Positions 35,981 to 51,746 are shown, counted from the first letter of the whole stretch. The stretch is 63,653 nt of DNA, filler included, from Vannella sp. (GCA_023345925.1; 6 parts of 6 records of this genome joined end to end with filler, not necessarily neighbours in it); one strand, 5' to 3'. Notes: generated from the letters alone by a model not told the origin. A program made the numbers and translations.

Positions 35981-38900
35981 ATGCGTCGGTGGTTGGTGCT
36001 CCTCGCCTTGACGCTATCGGTCGCGTGTCTTGGCCCATTGGGTGAAAGGGATGCTCTCGTTTCTTTGTACAACGTAACCAACGGAGAGTTCTGGTCCTAT
36101 TACCGTTGGAACCTTTCTTCCGAACCGTGTGACACCCCAACATGGCCAGGTCTCACCTGCACGGGAGCCAATGTAACAAAGATCTATCTTGCCTTCAACA
36201 ACATGACTGGTACCCTTCCTGATCTGGACATGCCTTGGCTTCGTGGACTGTGAGGACGTTTGCTTCAAAGGGTCATCCTAACCGTTCTGAGTAGAACCCT
36301 TGGGAACAACCCAATCTCTGGTACTCTTCCTGAGTGGACCAATTTGATCTCACTCACGTCCATGTAAGCTTTTGAGAGCAAAGCCACCACTTACCGATGA
36401 AACAAGGAATCTGGATAATACCAGGGTCTCAGGAACCATTCCTGAATGGCCCAAGTTGACGAAACTGCAGTATATGTGAGTCCCTCCATCGTGGCAAGTA
36501 GCTCACCCTGAGTCAACCATCAGCTCTTTGGAATTCGACTATCTCCTCGAGGGCACTCTCCCGCGGTGGCACAATCTTTCTTTTCTCGAGCAAATGTGAG
36601 TGCTAGATATCTCCAATCAACCGTACTCATGTTCACTTTCGTGTAGCCGGATAAGCAATTGCCCCAAACTGGCAGGAACGCTTCCCGATTGGCAGAACTC
36701 CCCAAATCTGTTCTACATGTACGTTCTCTTTTTATGTGAAACTATGGTCTGAACGGGGTGGGTGGTAAGTGGCTTAAATTCTAATAATCACACTGGAACT
36801 CTCCCAAACTGGTCCAACCTGGCGAAGCTGAAACAACTGTGAGATTTAGTGCTTGATCTAAAAACTGCCACATTGTCTTCTCACGAAATATGATCAGGTC
36901 CCTGTACAACAACAAGATCAATGGGACTCTTCCCGAATGGCCCCTCGCAAACATGCTCGAATCTGTGTACGTCCTTGGAGTGATTGGCGTAATCTAACTT
37001 TATTTCAACGTTTGCAGGAACTTTGATAACATGAAGCTCACAGGCACCCTTCCAGAATGGCACATTCAGAACAAACTCAGCTACCTGTGAGGTTTACCAT
37101 ATTCTCTTAGATGGCATTCATCCTTTTGGGTTACTAATTATTGCAGGTCTTTGAATGGTAATAAGCTCACTGGATCTATTCCACAATGGTCCAATCTTAC
37201 TTCTTTGGGAATCTTGTAAGTTCTCTTTTAATGAATAAGACAAGCTCTTTGACATGTCTATCAGGTCATTGAGCAACAATATGATCGACGGAACACTCCC
37301 TGAGTGGCCAAACATGAGGACTCTGATCAGCGTGTGGGTAGCCTCTCGCCACTGGACTGACTGACTCACCAATGACAGGTACTTGGGTGGAAACAAGATG
37401 ACTGGAACCCTTCCTGAATGGAATGGCTCTCCTAACCTTTCATACCTGTGAGTTCTTGTAGACAACACAAATGCAAATCTGAACCCGAATTCAGATCTTT
37501 GGAAAGCGGCAACCAATTTAATGGAACACTCCCTCAATGGGTAAACTGTAGTAAGTTGAGAGAGATGTGAGTGTTTGTGCAAAATCCACTGGAAGTATCT
37601 CACTAACGGGTGCAGTCGATTGAGTAGCCAGAAGATCAGCGGGCAACTCCCTGATTGGGGGAGTATGACACGCCTATCAGAGTTATACCTGGGCTCAAAC
37701 ATGATCTCTGGAACTCTTCCTGAATGGGGGAACATGAAATCCCTTACAAAACTGTACTTAGGAGGTAACATGATCAGTGGAACTCTCCCGTTGTGGTCCA
37801 ATCTAACAAACGTTGGTTTGATGTAAGTAACTGATATGCAGAAAGTACCATCGATTCATGGAACCCTGCAGAAGCTTGGGTTCAAACGCAATTTCTGGGA
37901 CTCTTCGACCATGGCGTAACCTGATAAGGCTCACCACCTTGGATCTGAGCTACAATAAGCTGTGTGGCAGTTTGCCAGATCCGAGTCCTAACAACGCCTC
38001 TGTCTTCGTGTACTCCCAAACCTTTAATTGCACTACGAGCCCACCTTCCTTCTACAGTGGAGGAAGTTGCGATGCAATTACAGCAGGGTGCCCCGTAACT
38101 CCAAGCGCGACCCCAACAACTTCCGGATCACCAACGCAAAGTGCTTCGCCAAGTTGCAGTCGGACACAAACTGCGACTTCCAGTCACTCGCCCAGCCCCA
38201 CCGCAAGTGCGACACAGACCTCCTCGCCCAGCAAAAGCACCTCTGAAAGCTCGACTGTAACTCCAAGTTACACCTCCTCACTCTCCGCGAGCAATACGCT
38301 GAGCCCCTCAGGAACCTCCAGTGACAGCCCGTCGTCAACCGCAAGTGAAACATCAACAGCATCGCTCAGCTCCTCATCCAGCCAGAGCAAGACGCCTAGT
38401 GCCTCCGAAACGACAAGCGTTTCTGCCACGGCAACTGAAAGTCAAACTCCAACAGTATCTGACAGTACTTCGGCAACTCCCAGTACTTCGGCTACTGTGA
38501 CTCCAAGTATCAGCCTCTCTTCGAGCGAGACTACCTCGGGGTCCTCCAGTCAAACAGAAAGCTCCTCCAGCACTCAGAGCTCAACTGCCTCGCTAAGTGC
38601 TAGCGCGACTCAGTCTTCGTCAGCATCGGTCAGCTCCTCTCCCAGCCAGAGCAAGACGCACAGTGCCTCCGAAACGGCAAGCGTTTCTGTCACGACAACC
38701 GAAAGTCAAACTTCAACAGTATCTGACAGTACTTCGGCAACTCCCAGTACTTCGGCTACTGTGACTCCAAGAATCAGCCTCTCTTCGAGCGCGACTACCT
38801 CCCCCAGCCAAACAGAAAGCTCCTCCAACACTCAGAGCTCAACTGCCTCGGAAAGTGCTAGTACATCTCAGTCTTCAGCAGGCTCCTCCTTTAGCCAGAA

Positions 38901-40017
38901 CCAGCCACTGAGCAAGAGTACTTCCGAAACAGCAGCTTTATCTGCCACGACAACCGAAAGTCAGACTCTAACAATGTCAGCCAGTTCTTCGGCAACTTTC
39001 AGTCACTCAGTAATTGAAAGTGAGACTCCAATCACAAGCTATTCTCGCGCCCAGAGTGAACCACTCAGCTTCTCGAACAGTGCCCCCTCTCCAAGTGAGA
39101 CTGCTAGTTGGACTCAAGGCGGTTCTAAAGCTCAAAGTAGTAGCACCTCAATAGGTCTCACTGAAAGTGGAAACATCAGTCCAAGTAAGACATTTTCATT
39201 GTCAGCAAGCTCTCCTTCAAGTGGAAGCTCCCAAAGCCAGAGTGGTACTCTCAGAGTTTTCCTGACCAACTCTCCCACCCAAAGTGACCCTGGAACTTCT
39301 AGTGAAAGCGGTGTACCTTCCATTTCCACTTTTAGGAGTCGAAGTATCTCTGAGATAGGGACTGTGTCTCCCAGCCCCCCAAGTCGAGAGGATTTGCTCC
39401 GCATCTTCCTGACAGATCTCATTGGCACTGAGATGTTCCAAATCCCCTCCCTCACACCTGGCAAAGAAATGGGAAGACTATTTGTTTCTCCCAACCTGAG
39501 CTCGATCTTCAACGCTTCTCTGATCATTACCACTGGAAGCGAGCGTGACAATTCCAATCAGAGACTTCTCAGCGGCATCCTGGACATCACTTTGGTGGAT
39601 GGCTATGGAGATTCCAAATCTCGTTTGGATGAAAAGCTGACTATCTGCTTCCCAAGGCCCAATATCACAAAGAAGAGCGAAAAGGTGTGCTTGAGCTACT
39701 TTGATGAATCCTCAGGGAAATGGAAATGCGAAGATGAATGCCTCACCAACATGAAGAAGGACAACTTTTGGTGCGGAGAAACAGGGCATCTCACCAACTT
39801 TGCGTTGCTTTTGGTCGGTAAAAGTGGAGGCGAAACTGACCCTTGCAGCTCTTACACTCAAGACAGCACCTTGTCATGGGTGTCCATGGGCTTTGTGGCA
39901 GGAGCAGTCTTGATCGTCGCCCTTTCCGTTTTGGTCCTCGAGGTTCACATTCGCAGGAAAGCACAAGTAGAGAACTTAGAACTCCATCGGGCAGGTCTAA
40001 AAACTCAATCCATTTGA
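35981..40017 (+). CDS. LRR - Ser/Thr mucin stalk - GAIN/GPS - single-TM receptor-like protein, ~13 introns
   Basis: Signal peptide, LRRNT (ERDALVSLY..W...PC...WPGLTC), plant-type LRRs LxxNxxxGTLPEW, S/T-rich stalk, CLSYFDESSGKWKCED...CGETGHLTNFALLL, TM. Confidence 0.85.
38360..38900. repeat. ~264-bp internal duplication in the mucin stalk, plus a degenerate third copy downstream
   Basis: Near-identical blocks start at 38360 and 38624 (e.g. gacagtacttcggcaactcccagtacttcggctactgtgactccaag twice). Confidence 0.85.
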
Positions 40018-40298
40018 CTCCATCCCCTTCCTTTTTCACCCCTTTTCTCACCAATCATAAAGGATCATTCCTGAACATGAAGCTTGCAGGTGCTTGCCTT
40101 CCAAAGGTGTTTTCAGGGACGTTGGGGCTCGAGATGTGCTGAATTCTGTTGGGCTTCGACCGATGTTCTAGGCATGTGTAGCATTCTGCCTGTTTTTTTT
40201 TGCTTCAGATCATGCGAGGAAACAGGTAGAAGATGCTTCTAAAGAGACAAAAGAACCGAAACCGTCCCCATGTTAGAGTTGCCACTGGAGGCTTCGTT

Positions 40299-40398
40299 NN
40301 NNNNNNNNNNNNNNNNNNNNNNNNNNNNNNNNNNNNNNNNNNTTAATTAATTAANNNNNNNNNNNNNNNNNNNNNNNNNNNNNNNNNNNNNNNNNNNN
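40299..40398. other. artificial contig linker
   Basis: N44-TTAATTAATTAA-N44. Confidence 0.98.
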
Positions 40399-40764
40399 TC
40401 ATTCAGGGAAGTAACAATCACATGGAGACCTTCTTCCTCCGGGAACACCGCACTTAGCCACGCACCCACCTCCCCCATTCGTAAGCATAGACTGCAGCTT
40501 CGTAGCTGAGTTCGTGCTAGAGTCACACTCCGCACCCTCTCCATAAAAAGTGCTCCTCCTAAAGGTACATCTAGGCCAATCCTTTCCTACGGTGAGTGAA
40601 TTAAATTGCAAATCATTTGTTTGCTGTATTAAATAGTCCGAGGGTGAACCAATGAAAAAGAACTTCGTGTTTTAGTAATAATGATACAATAAACGGGGAT
40701 ACAAGGTCGAGAACTGGGTCAAGCCAGTGGCTTTGGTTTGTTTTTTTTGTCGCTCTCTTGTCGG

Positions 40765-43138
<2,374 letters not shown>

Positions 43139-43228
43139 AGCCTTCCCATCCCCTTTTCAAGAGGATCAAGAAGCAGTTCTATAAAAGGCACAAACCTGCA
43201 TTTCCCTTCATTTCCCTTTCTCCCTGTC

Positions 43229-46200
43229 ATGAGCGGATCTCTCTCCTCCTCCGGGGGCAGTTCGCAATCTCCTCCGCTGAAGAAGCGCCGTTCAAAGGGC
43301 TCTCCTCACTCTCAAGAAGAGTTTGGATCTGACCAAGCTTGTCCGAGGACCTCCACTTCTGTTGGTGCGTCCTCCTTCTCTCCTTGATAGTGTTCCTGAC
43401 TTGTCTGCTTCCAGAGATCAACAACGTGGTGAACACAATGAGAGACTTGTCCTCTACTCCAGTGAGTTCCCCTTTGCCCTTTGGCAGCTCTGCGTCTCCT
43501 CATCAGCAGGGTAGATCCGGTCGTCTTCTGGGTTGCTGAGTATGTGGACGGCAGAGCAGACACGTAAGAGAAGATCCTTGTCTCGGCAATATGAGTGTGG
43601 GATGAGGAAGCCAAAGAAGAGGACGTCTAGCACCCCTCTCCTCTTTGATTGGGAGTTAGAGGGTCTTTCCTACCTTCTCTCACGAGAGGAGGAGCGCATT
43701 ACATCATCTAATGCAAAGGAACGACTTCCTATCAGCCCCAAATTGCCAACACGACAGCCTTTCCTCGGTGTTGCTTCGACTAGTAAGGTAAACGAGCTCA
43801 AAGGAGAAGAGGAGGTTGAGGACATCATGCAGTACTTGCAGGAATGCGACTTTGACTTCGACTTGGAAGAAGATCTGCGCCAAAGTCAAGCCCATCGGTC
43901 CCCCATCCGAACATCTCAGAGTTCTCCTGCTCAATTAGCTTCGATACCGCACAAGTCTGAGTCTGACGGATCAGAGACGGATGAAACAGACTCGGACATC
44001 GAGAATGACTCTGAGTTTGCGGGAATCCCTCTTGAACCAAGTCGGAAGCTGCAAGACCTCCCCAAGATTGCTGCGATTGGTAGGACAGAGACGAAGGACT
44101 TCTTCCCTTCTATGAAGGAGTATCAACCTCCGTTGCGTTGTCTTGTACTAGAGGTCTGGACTTCAGCATTCTACTCTACTTCAGAAGGAAAAGGTGTTCC
44201 CTTGTCAACAAGTGAGCAAAGAAGGTCTACACCACTTGGAATTCAACAGACCCTGAAAGTCTTTGACGAGAATCGCAATATGGAGAAGAAACTCTTTCTC
44301 AGAGGAAGGTGGGCTGAAATGCCAGTTTCTGTGGGAGACTATTTGAACGTAGTTAGCTGGTCTATGACACACCAGAAGCTTTTGGAAACTTCTATTGTTG
44401 TTATTGATGACCACGAGAATGCTCTAATTCTTCATCCAGACCTTCTAATGCCAGTCAAGGAGATTGGAGGATCAATGCGATGCATGAGAATGTCGGTTCT
44501 TTCTCAGCTAGTCCGTGGAGGATCAGCAGTAAGTGAACATATTATCAAGGGAGAAGTGATCCATTCTCTCTTTGAAAGGGCTTTGATGCGGAAGAACTTT
44601 TCCACGCCCTTTCTAGAGAGCCATTTGAAGGCTCTGGTTGCCGAGAACATGGTGAAGATTCATCTATTGAACAAAAGCGTTGACTACTTCTTGGACTTGA
44701 TTCGCCCTTCATTGATTTCACTCCAACAATGGGCCCAAGCGAATCTCCAAGGAGCTGTAGTGGCTGTTGCAGCAAGAAGCACTTCCATGATGGAACTGAG
44801 TGATCGATCACAACGAAAGTGTATTAGAAAGGTTGTTGCCGTGGAGGAGAGCATTTGGTCTCCCACCTTTGGTATCAAAGGGAAGATAGACGCAACTGTC
44901 GTTTTCCAACCCAGTCCTTCGGCTTCTAGCTCCAGAACCACCCCAGATGCTCGAGCTGTCCCTCTTGAATTAAAGACCGGAAAACTCAGAGACAATCGAG
45001 GTAGTCTCGCCGACCGGGCACAAGTGGCACTCTACTCTCTCCTCTTCTCTGAACGAAACATCCCGGTCGCTGGCAAAGAGGCGAACTCTATTCACACCAA
45101 TCCCTTTCCAGAAGGGGTTCTTTGTTACATCAATCAAGATACTACTTCCCAGATCATTGTACACAGCTCGTTAAACGAGATCCACGGACTTATTCAACGC
45201 CGGAATGAGTTAGTTGCACATCGAAAGAAGAAGAATCTGCCTCCTCAAATTAAGGACAGAATGACTTGCACCTATTGTAACTATCAGAATGCATGCTACA
45301 TCTACCATCGGACTCAAGAGGCAGGATGTTCTGGAACCGCAGCAATTTCCTCTTTATGGAAACAGTATGCCGCACACTTATCTGAACGCCACTGTTCGTT
45401 CTTCTCTCGGTGGGATCAGTTTATCACCTGGGAAACAGAAGCAAGCAAGAACCCCTCGAACTCTTTTTGGAACTTTCCTTCTTCCTATCAGCAAGAGCTT
45501 GGCGTCTGCGCAGGCCAACTTCGCCTGATTTCGTCAAAATTGCCGACACAACGGTCTTCTGGGAGCCAATCCTCAACGCCACCGTCTTCAGAAGGCGGTT
45601 CAGGGTTTCTCTACCGCTTCAGGCAAGATGGAGCCACAGAGCCTTCCACTTCTCACTCTAGCCAGAGGACGTTTACTTCATCCTTTCTACCTTCTCAATC
45701 TAATGAGAAGAATCTTTTCGAGCTCCAGTTAAGCGCAGGGGACTATATTCTACTCTCTACAGAGCACGGGCACTTTGGTGTTCGCCAGGGTACCATCCAA
45801 AGTATTGGTTCTAACGTTGTTGAAGTCCTTCTTCATGAGCCACTCCAGGCACCTTACCATTTGCCCTCTTCTTTTGCGTCGGCACTTTCTTCTCCAAATT
45901 CTCAAAAAGACTTGAGAGATATTGAGGACCTGGCCACTTCGCGGTCCCATCAAATGGCACATTCTACATTGTGGCGCATTGACAAGCTGGAGTCTCAAAA
46001 CGTCTTCTCTCAGATGCGTTACAATCTGCTCCATCTCCTTGAAGCCAATCCACAAAGTCAGCGACTTCGGGAACTAATAATTGATGATAAGGCTCCCGTA
46101 TTCAGTGCAATTGACACACCATGTGATGAATTCATTCACTCCTGGAGCCAACAGTGTCCATCCATAGGTCACTTAAATGCTCATCAGCGCCTCGCTATAA

Positions 46201-47513
46201 GGAGAGTTGTGGCAGCCAAAGATTTTGCTCTTATTCTCGGGATGCCAGGAACAGGAAAGACAACTACTATTGCACATATTGTCTCTACACTGGTCCAGAA
46301 AGGCAAGCGGGTTTTACTCACCTCCTACACCCATTCGGCGGTGGATAACTTGCTGTTGAAGCTGCTAGACATGCAAGTTCCTTTCCTTCGGCTGGGCAAT
46401 GGTAGTAAACAACATAGCTCCATTGCACCACACTCGCTGGAAACTTTTGCGTCCATTGACTCCTTAAAGGAGCGACTTGCATGTCCTGTCATAGCAACAA
46501 CATGCTTGGGAGTGAATGACATGGTTCTTCAGTCCCAGCGGTTTGATTATTGCATCATTGATGAAGCCAGCCAAATTAGCTTACCTGTATGTCTGGGACC
46601 TTTGTTCTTTGCACAAACATTTGTTTTAGTGGGAGATCACTACCAATTGCCTCCGATTGTGAAGAGTACCGAAGCTATTTCGGCCGATTGCGAAAGTCTG
46701 TTTAAGCTGTTGTCAGAGAGAAGGCCAGAGTCTGTTGTCCAACTGGGAATCCAATATCGAATGAATAGTGAGATAATGAGCATCAGCAACCATCTGGTGT
46801 ACAACAATCGCCTGAAATGCGAAAACGAAGGCGTAGGAAAGGCAAGAATTGTCCTCCCAAGACTATCCAAACTCCCTATTCCTGTCCCTCCAAGTGACCA
46901 TTGGATGCTGCAAATTCTCCTTCCAAATAATCCAGTTGTTTTTGTGGATCTCGACCACGTACCAGCACTTGAGGTTACCACGAGACATCTGATTACCAAC
47001 CCTGTGGAGGCTCGCATCACCGCAATGGTAAGTTCTCTTTGTAAGATCGAGACTGAATCTCATTACTTTCAGATTGCACGTTCCCTCATTTGTGCGGGGG
47101 TCAAGGGCTCTGAAATAGGGATTATATCTCCGTATCGGTCTCAATTGAAGGCCATAAGACAGTGCACCGGCCGGTTTGCAAATATGCAGGATGTGGATAT
47201 CTTTACGGTTGACCGTTACCAAGGGAAGGATAAGGAAGCTATCATATTCTCTCTTGTAAGAAGCAATACGAAGAACAAAGTGGGAGAGCTACTGGAGGAC
47301 TGGAGGCGAGCCAATGTTGCATTCACTCGGGCGAAGACAAAGTTGATCATTCTTGGTTCTGCCTCCACTCTGTCCGGAAACCATTTCTTCTCCCTCTTTC
47401 TTCAGTTTGTCAGGGGCAATGGGTGGATGCTCTCCTTGCCACAAAATGCACATAAGACCTACCATCTTCGAGACCTCGACCCTGAAAAGGATTCTCGTTT
47501 ATCTCAGAGATAA
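43229..47513 (+). CDS. DNA2: DNA2 nuclease/helicase
   Basis: LILHPDLL, CMRMSVL, EESIWSPTFGIKGKIDAT, PLELKTG, CTYC..QNAC Fe-S motif, GMPGTGKT, IIDEASQ, VGDHYQLPP, DRYQGKD, NVAFTRAK; 5' exons approximate. Confidence 0.93.
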
Positions 47514-47571
47514 AGCAGCGCTGGAGTTAGGATTCTCGTTTATTTCAGAGATAAAGCAGCACTGGAGTTAG
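47490..47571. repeat. 2 x 41-bp tandem duplication over the DNA2 stop codon
   Basis: gattctcgtttatYtcagagataaagcagcRctggagttag twice. Confidence 0.9.
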
Positions 47572-47689
47572 CAACTGAGCTGTGCGAAGTTTATTGGCGT
47601 GCAATCCGGATTAGTGGGCATTTTTGTCACGTTTCGATAGTCAGAACCTTCTTCTTTTTGAGCCTGCACAATTTCAATAAGAGAATAGT

Positions 47690-48256
47690 TTAGAGAAGAG
47701 AGCAACTGTCCTTCTTCCTTCCACTCTTCGCTGGGCCACCGTTCTTGACTTGATTGTCCTTTCTTATTTCTCGAACCAGCCCGTAAAATGCCTCTTCAAC
47801 GTTGATACGAGCCTTAGCAGAGGTCTGGTAGATCGGGACTCCGAAGGAATTTGCTACCTCCAGGCTTTCAACCAAAGTTACTTGCCGATCCTCATCCAAA
47901 TCGCATTTGTTTCCTACAAGTACCATTGGTACCTTGTCTTCCTCCTTCACGCAAAGAATCTGCTCGCGGAATTGTATCATCTCGTAGAATGAAGGGCGAA
48001 AGGTGACATCGTAAGTGCAGAGGAACCCATGAGCATTCCTTATGTAATTATCTCGAGCAGGATTGCACATGTTTTGGCCTGCAGTGTCAATGATTTCGAG
48101 AAGACAGGTCTCATCATCAACTGTGACCTGCTTTTGGTAAGAGCTCTCAATAGTCGGATCGTAGTTATCAACGAAGTGGTATTGGATGAGCTGGATAGTC
48201 AACGCCGACTTGCCCACTCCTACGCCTCCCAGAATCACGAGCTTGTATTCTGCCAT
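47690..48256 (-). CDS. Ras-family GTPase paralogue, intronless, Val12
   Basis: [36 protein letters not shown], CaaX CSLL. Confidence 0.95.
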   Translation of the reverse strand: MAEYKLVILGGVGVGKSALTIQLIQYHFVDNYDPTIESSYQKQVTVDDETCLLEIIDTAGQNMCNPARDNYIRNAHGFLCTYDVTFRPSFYEMIQFREQILCVKEEDKVPMVLVGNKCDLDEDRQVTLVESLEVANSFGVPIYQTSAKARINVEEAFYGLVREIRKDNQVKNGGPAKSGRKKDSCSLL

Positions 48257-48760
48257 ATCGAACTGGCCCTTAAGGAATGATTCCGAGAGGGCAGGGGCAT
48301 CCTCATTTCATTCTCTGTTTCGGTGAAGTGCCCCAAAACAGCAATTAGGCGAAATCCGTTTCGACCTGCCGAACGCTCCCGATTTTTTGGACTTGCCAAT
48401 GAAAACAAAATGTTGTGTCGAGCTGGACCAAGAGAAACACAAACAAAGATCAAGAGGAGTGTCTCACAATTACCGCCCAAAAGGCGCCAACGCATCTGGC
48501 AACGCAACCCAAGAAGAATCGAATCCTTTGTGCGGACGAATTGATCTCCTCACCGACTTTAATCTCCTCCTGATTAAAAAATGCAAGATTCCTGGTTGTC
48601 TGCTCAAGGGAACACTCTAAGGTGGATTTCTGTGTAAAGTTGTGTCCACAGAAGACAACGGTCACTTAGATGACCAAGTAACCCGCACAGCGACTGCAGT
48701 GTCTTAATAATGGGCTTCTCCTCCGGTCAAAAGTGCAGCAGAGTCCTTTTTCTTTTCGCC

Positions 48761-49345
48761 TTAACGCAGCGCACCTCTTCCAGTGACCTTTGCTAGGACT
48801 CGTTCATGCTGATAATCTCCAATTTCAGTCAACAGAAGACCATCTAGGCAGCGTTTGGGATACACAGAGTACATTTTGCAGTCAGGATCCTTGTTGCGCG
48901 CGTCCAGTATAAACTTGACAAACTCAGTCTCGTCATCGAAAGACTCCGCGTGATTGTCTGGGAACACAACGTGATATTGGTCAGGTGATAGTGGGTCGCT
49001 CTGACGTTGAAACGGTCTATCCAGAGCGTTAAGTTGTTCTTCCAAGTCAGCCAGTTGCTCGATGAGTCTCTTCCTGGAGTATGAACTAAGTCCACGAAGA
49101 TGAAGAAGCTCTGGAATGTTGTCAAGCAGACGATTCAAGGTCCACTTCACTTGGATGAGATTCTCGTCTTCTTCGGATTCTCTTGGCCAAGAGACAGCAG
49201 TCTCTTGGATTTGGAGCTTCAAGCGCAGAATGTCAGCGGAGATCCGATTCTCTCGTTCTCGCGTCAGTGTACAGAAGGCGACATCCGTGGCGGCGTCCTT
49301 CACTTTTGCAACCAGCTCGCGCAACAAGTCCGTGCCTTTGAGCAT
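48761..49345 (-). CDS. hypothetical helical protein
   Basis: Uninterrupted ORF from MLKGTDLLREL with plausible composition; no family recognised. Confidence 0.5.
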   Translation of the reverse strand: MLKGTDLLRELVAKVKDAATDVAFCTLTRERENRISADILRLKLQIQETAVSWPRESEEDENLIQVKWTLNRLLDNIPELLHLRGLSSYSRKRLIEQLADLEEQLNALDRPFQRQSDPLSPDQYHVVFPDNHAESFDDETEFVKFILDARNKDPDCKMYSVYPKRCLDGLLLTEIGDYQHERVLAKVTGRGALR

Positions 49346-49733
49346 GGTGAACGAAAATGTGGAACTTTGTACTCGCCCAGAATGGGAATGGACGGGGAAT
49401 TCTCGAGTTTTCGTTGTTTTCTCCATAAGGGGAGCGCCGATCATCCGATCAGGGTTAGGTAACGTAAAAACCTCTTTCTCATCGGAACAAATCGAACTCG
49501 CCTCCCTGCGGCATTTTCATTGGCTGATGATCTGACCAATAAGAGACGAGCGTGGTTTGTTAATTCGGACAGAAGGCCAATTGCTCAATGATATCAACAT
49601 CTGAAACAGGGGCATGTACTGCTGTCTACTCGCTTACCAAACCCATGTACATTTACCTCCTCCATGCTGATTGCGACAGCTAGTGACTGACAGACAGATG
49701 ACAACCTTCACCTTTTGGCCTCCTCGAGCAGCA

Positions 49734-50975
49734 ATGCAAAGGAACTCCTTGCTGTGCATCGGTATCTCACTGATTCTGACTTTTGGGTTCTTCATGTTGT
49801 CTTCCCTCCCCCGAGGAGGAGAGGACTCTCAACAGGAACTCGAAGGTTTGGCCTCCAAGGAGACTCAAGGTCCATCTTCCCTCCCCCGAGGAGGAGAGGA
49901 CTCTAAACAGGAACTCGATGGCTCTCGACAGGAGTTTCTTCTTGCTTTGAAGAGATATGAGAAGCTACACAGTGATATGCTGGACGGGAAACGGCCAGGA
50001 AAGTACCTCACTTACGTCACCAACTATTCGGGATGGTCTGATCGTGTCCGCGGCTTCTTCAGCGTCGCCACGGTCGCCTTCATGACAGATCGAGCGTTCC
50101 TCTTCAAGAACAATATGGCAGACATCGATTTGGCCGCAGTATATGCCCAGGATCCCATCCGATGGTTTGCTGAGCCTGATGCGCCTCTGGTTCACAGCTT
50201 CTCGGTCGGATACATGCGACTGGAAGAGGAGCTCTTGCGAGAAGACACCATAGAGAGGATGAGAAACGAGCTGGGGAACATCGAACTCACAATGAGCGAC
50301 TGGGCTTGGGAAGACATCGCGCATCACCCACTCTTAGCGGAAGATCGCGCTCGCTTGAAGCTGGATGACGTACCTGATTGGGCTTCTTTGCTATTTGACC
50401 TCCTGTTCCCTCCTTCTCCAACGATGAAGAACGTCCTGAGGGACTACGTGGACCTGGTTCCTTCTCCTCGTATGGCCATTCACATCCGCACAGGTGTGGC
50501 GGAAGGTTCCCCGCAGTTCTTCGGTGGTTCTTTGGAAGCGTATGTTGGTAATCATATCGACTGCTTCAAGAGCGTGGTCGAGTCCGAAGGACTCGCCAAA
50601 GTTACTGTTTTCCTTGCAACAGACTATGAGCCCGCCTTTGACATTGCTCGGGGTCTCCTTGGGTCTATGCAAGGGGAGAACTTCTCCATACGCGTCATGA
50701 ATGGCTCGGCAATGGGGAACATCGGCCACCTCGTCCTTGCCCATCCCGAGAATGTACATTTGCGCGCTCATGCCGAGTGGGAGATCCTTCGACGAGCGGA
50801 ATGGCTGTTCCCTACCCGTAGCGGATACTCTCTAGTACCCTTCGGACTTCACCACTTCCCCAGTGCGCGAGCATTCACAACAAATCTCAACTCTGCTGGT
50901 GCATGTGAAGAGATTTCCCCTTTTGGGCTTGGATGGTTCTTTACAATGGAGCATCTTGGTCAATTCCCAAAGTAA
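49734..50975 (+). CDS. type II membrane GT-B fucosyltransferase-like protein (NodZ/FUT8/O-FucT-like)
   Basis: N-terminal TM; GWSDRVRG, AIHIRTG, VFLATD, TRSGYS match fucosyltransferase motifs. Confidence 0.75.
   Translation: MQRNSLLCIGISLILTFGFFMLSSLPRGGEDSQQELEGLASKETQGPSSLPRGGEDSKQELDGSRQEFLLALKRYEKLHSDMLDGKRPGKYLTYVTNYSGWSDRVRGFFSVATVAFMTDRAFLFKNNMADIDLAAVYAQDPIRWFAEPDAPLVHSFSVGYMRLEEELLREDTIERMRNELGNIELTMSDWAWEDIAHHPLLAEDRARLKLDDVPDWASLLFDLLFPPSPTMKNVLRDYVDLVPSPRMAIHIRTGVAEGSPQFFGGSLEAYVGNHIDCFKSVVESEGLAKVTVFLATDYEPAFDIARGLLGSMQGENFSIRVMNGSAMGNIGHLVLAHPENVHLRAHAEWEILRRAEWLFPTRSGYSLVPFGLHHFPSARAFTTNLNSAGACEEISPFGLGWFFTMEHLGQFPK
49800..49918. repeat. 44-bp direct repeat (75-bp period) in the GT stem region
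   Basis: tcttccctcccccgaggaggagaggactctMaacaggaactcga at 49800 and 49875. Confidence 0.9.
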
Positions 50976-51746
50976 GAGCTTTTTTGCCTCAGGCCCCCAA
51001 GTGACATTCTCTCTTGAAGGGGCCGGGCCGATGTAATGGCCCGCAGGGAAGTTAAAAGAAGAGTTTTATGGCTTTGTTCGACTGATGGTAGCTAGAGTAA
51101 CTCTGTAAGGCGTCTAGGATGCCGTCTGGGCTCACCATCATGGGAAGGCCACAGTATTCTCATGAGAGGGTGGCCATCATAATGACTGAGTGGGAAAAGT
51201 TACCAATTTGATACTCAAAGGGTGGGTAGATTGCGTCGCGTGAAGGTAAGAGGATCTCAAGGGTTCCTTTTGGCAAAGTCCACGATTGATTGGACTTTCA
51301 GATTTCATTACCATTGGGAGCGTTTTCCTTGGTGCGTTTCCCTCGTCTTAATTCATTTCAACAAGGAGCATGTTATTCATTTCAACAAGGAGAAGCATGT
51401 TATTCAGCCAGCTAGCCAAGTTCAATTGAACGAGAACACCAATACCTACTCCTGGTAGCTCCCAATAACTGTGATTATGATATCCTCCAGTTGTGTCTCC
51501 CAATAACAAGCAACCCAAAGCTTTGATCACTCCACAACCCCGTGCTGGTTGCCACTTGTTATGGCCCATTTTCGCTTGATTCTTTCTCAAATAGAAAGGT
51601 AACTTGCTATTGGGTGCCTTCCACTCGAAATAGCATTTAAGGACTCACTTAACTCTTCTTTGTGGACCTTTTCATAAAAGCCAATTTCAAAGATTTGCAG
51701 TCCAAAAAATAGTTAATTGGTGAGGAACGCGAGGGGATTGGACCTT

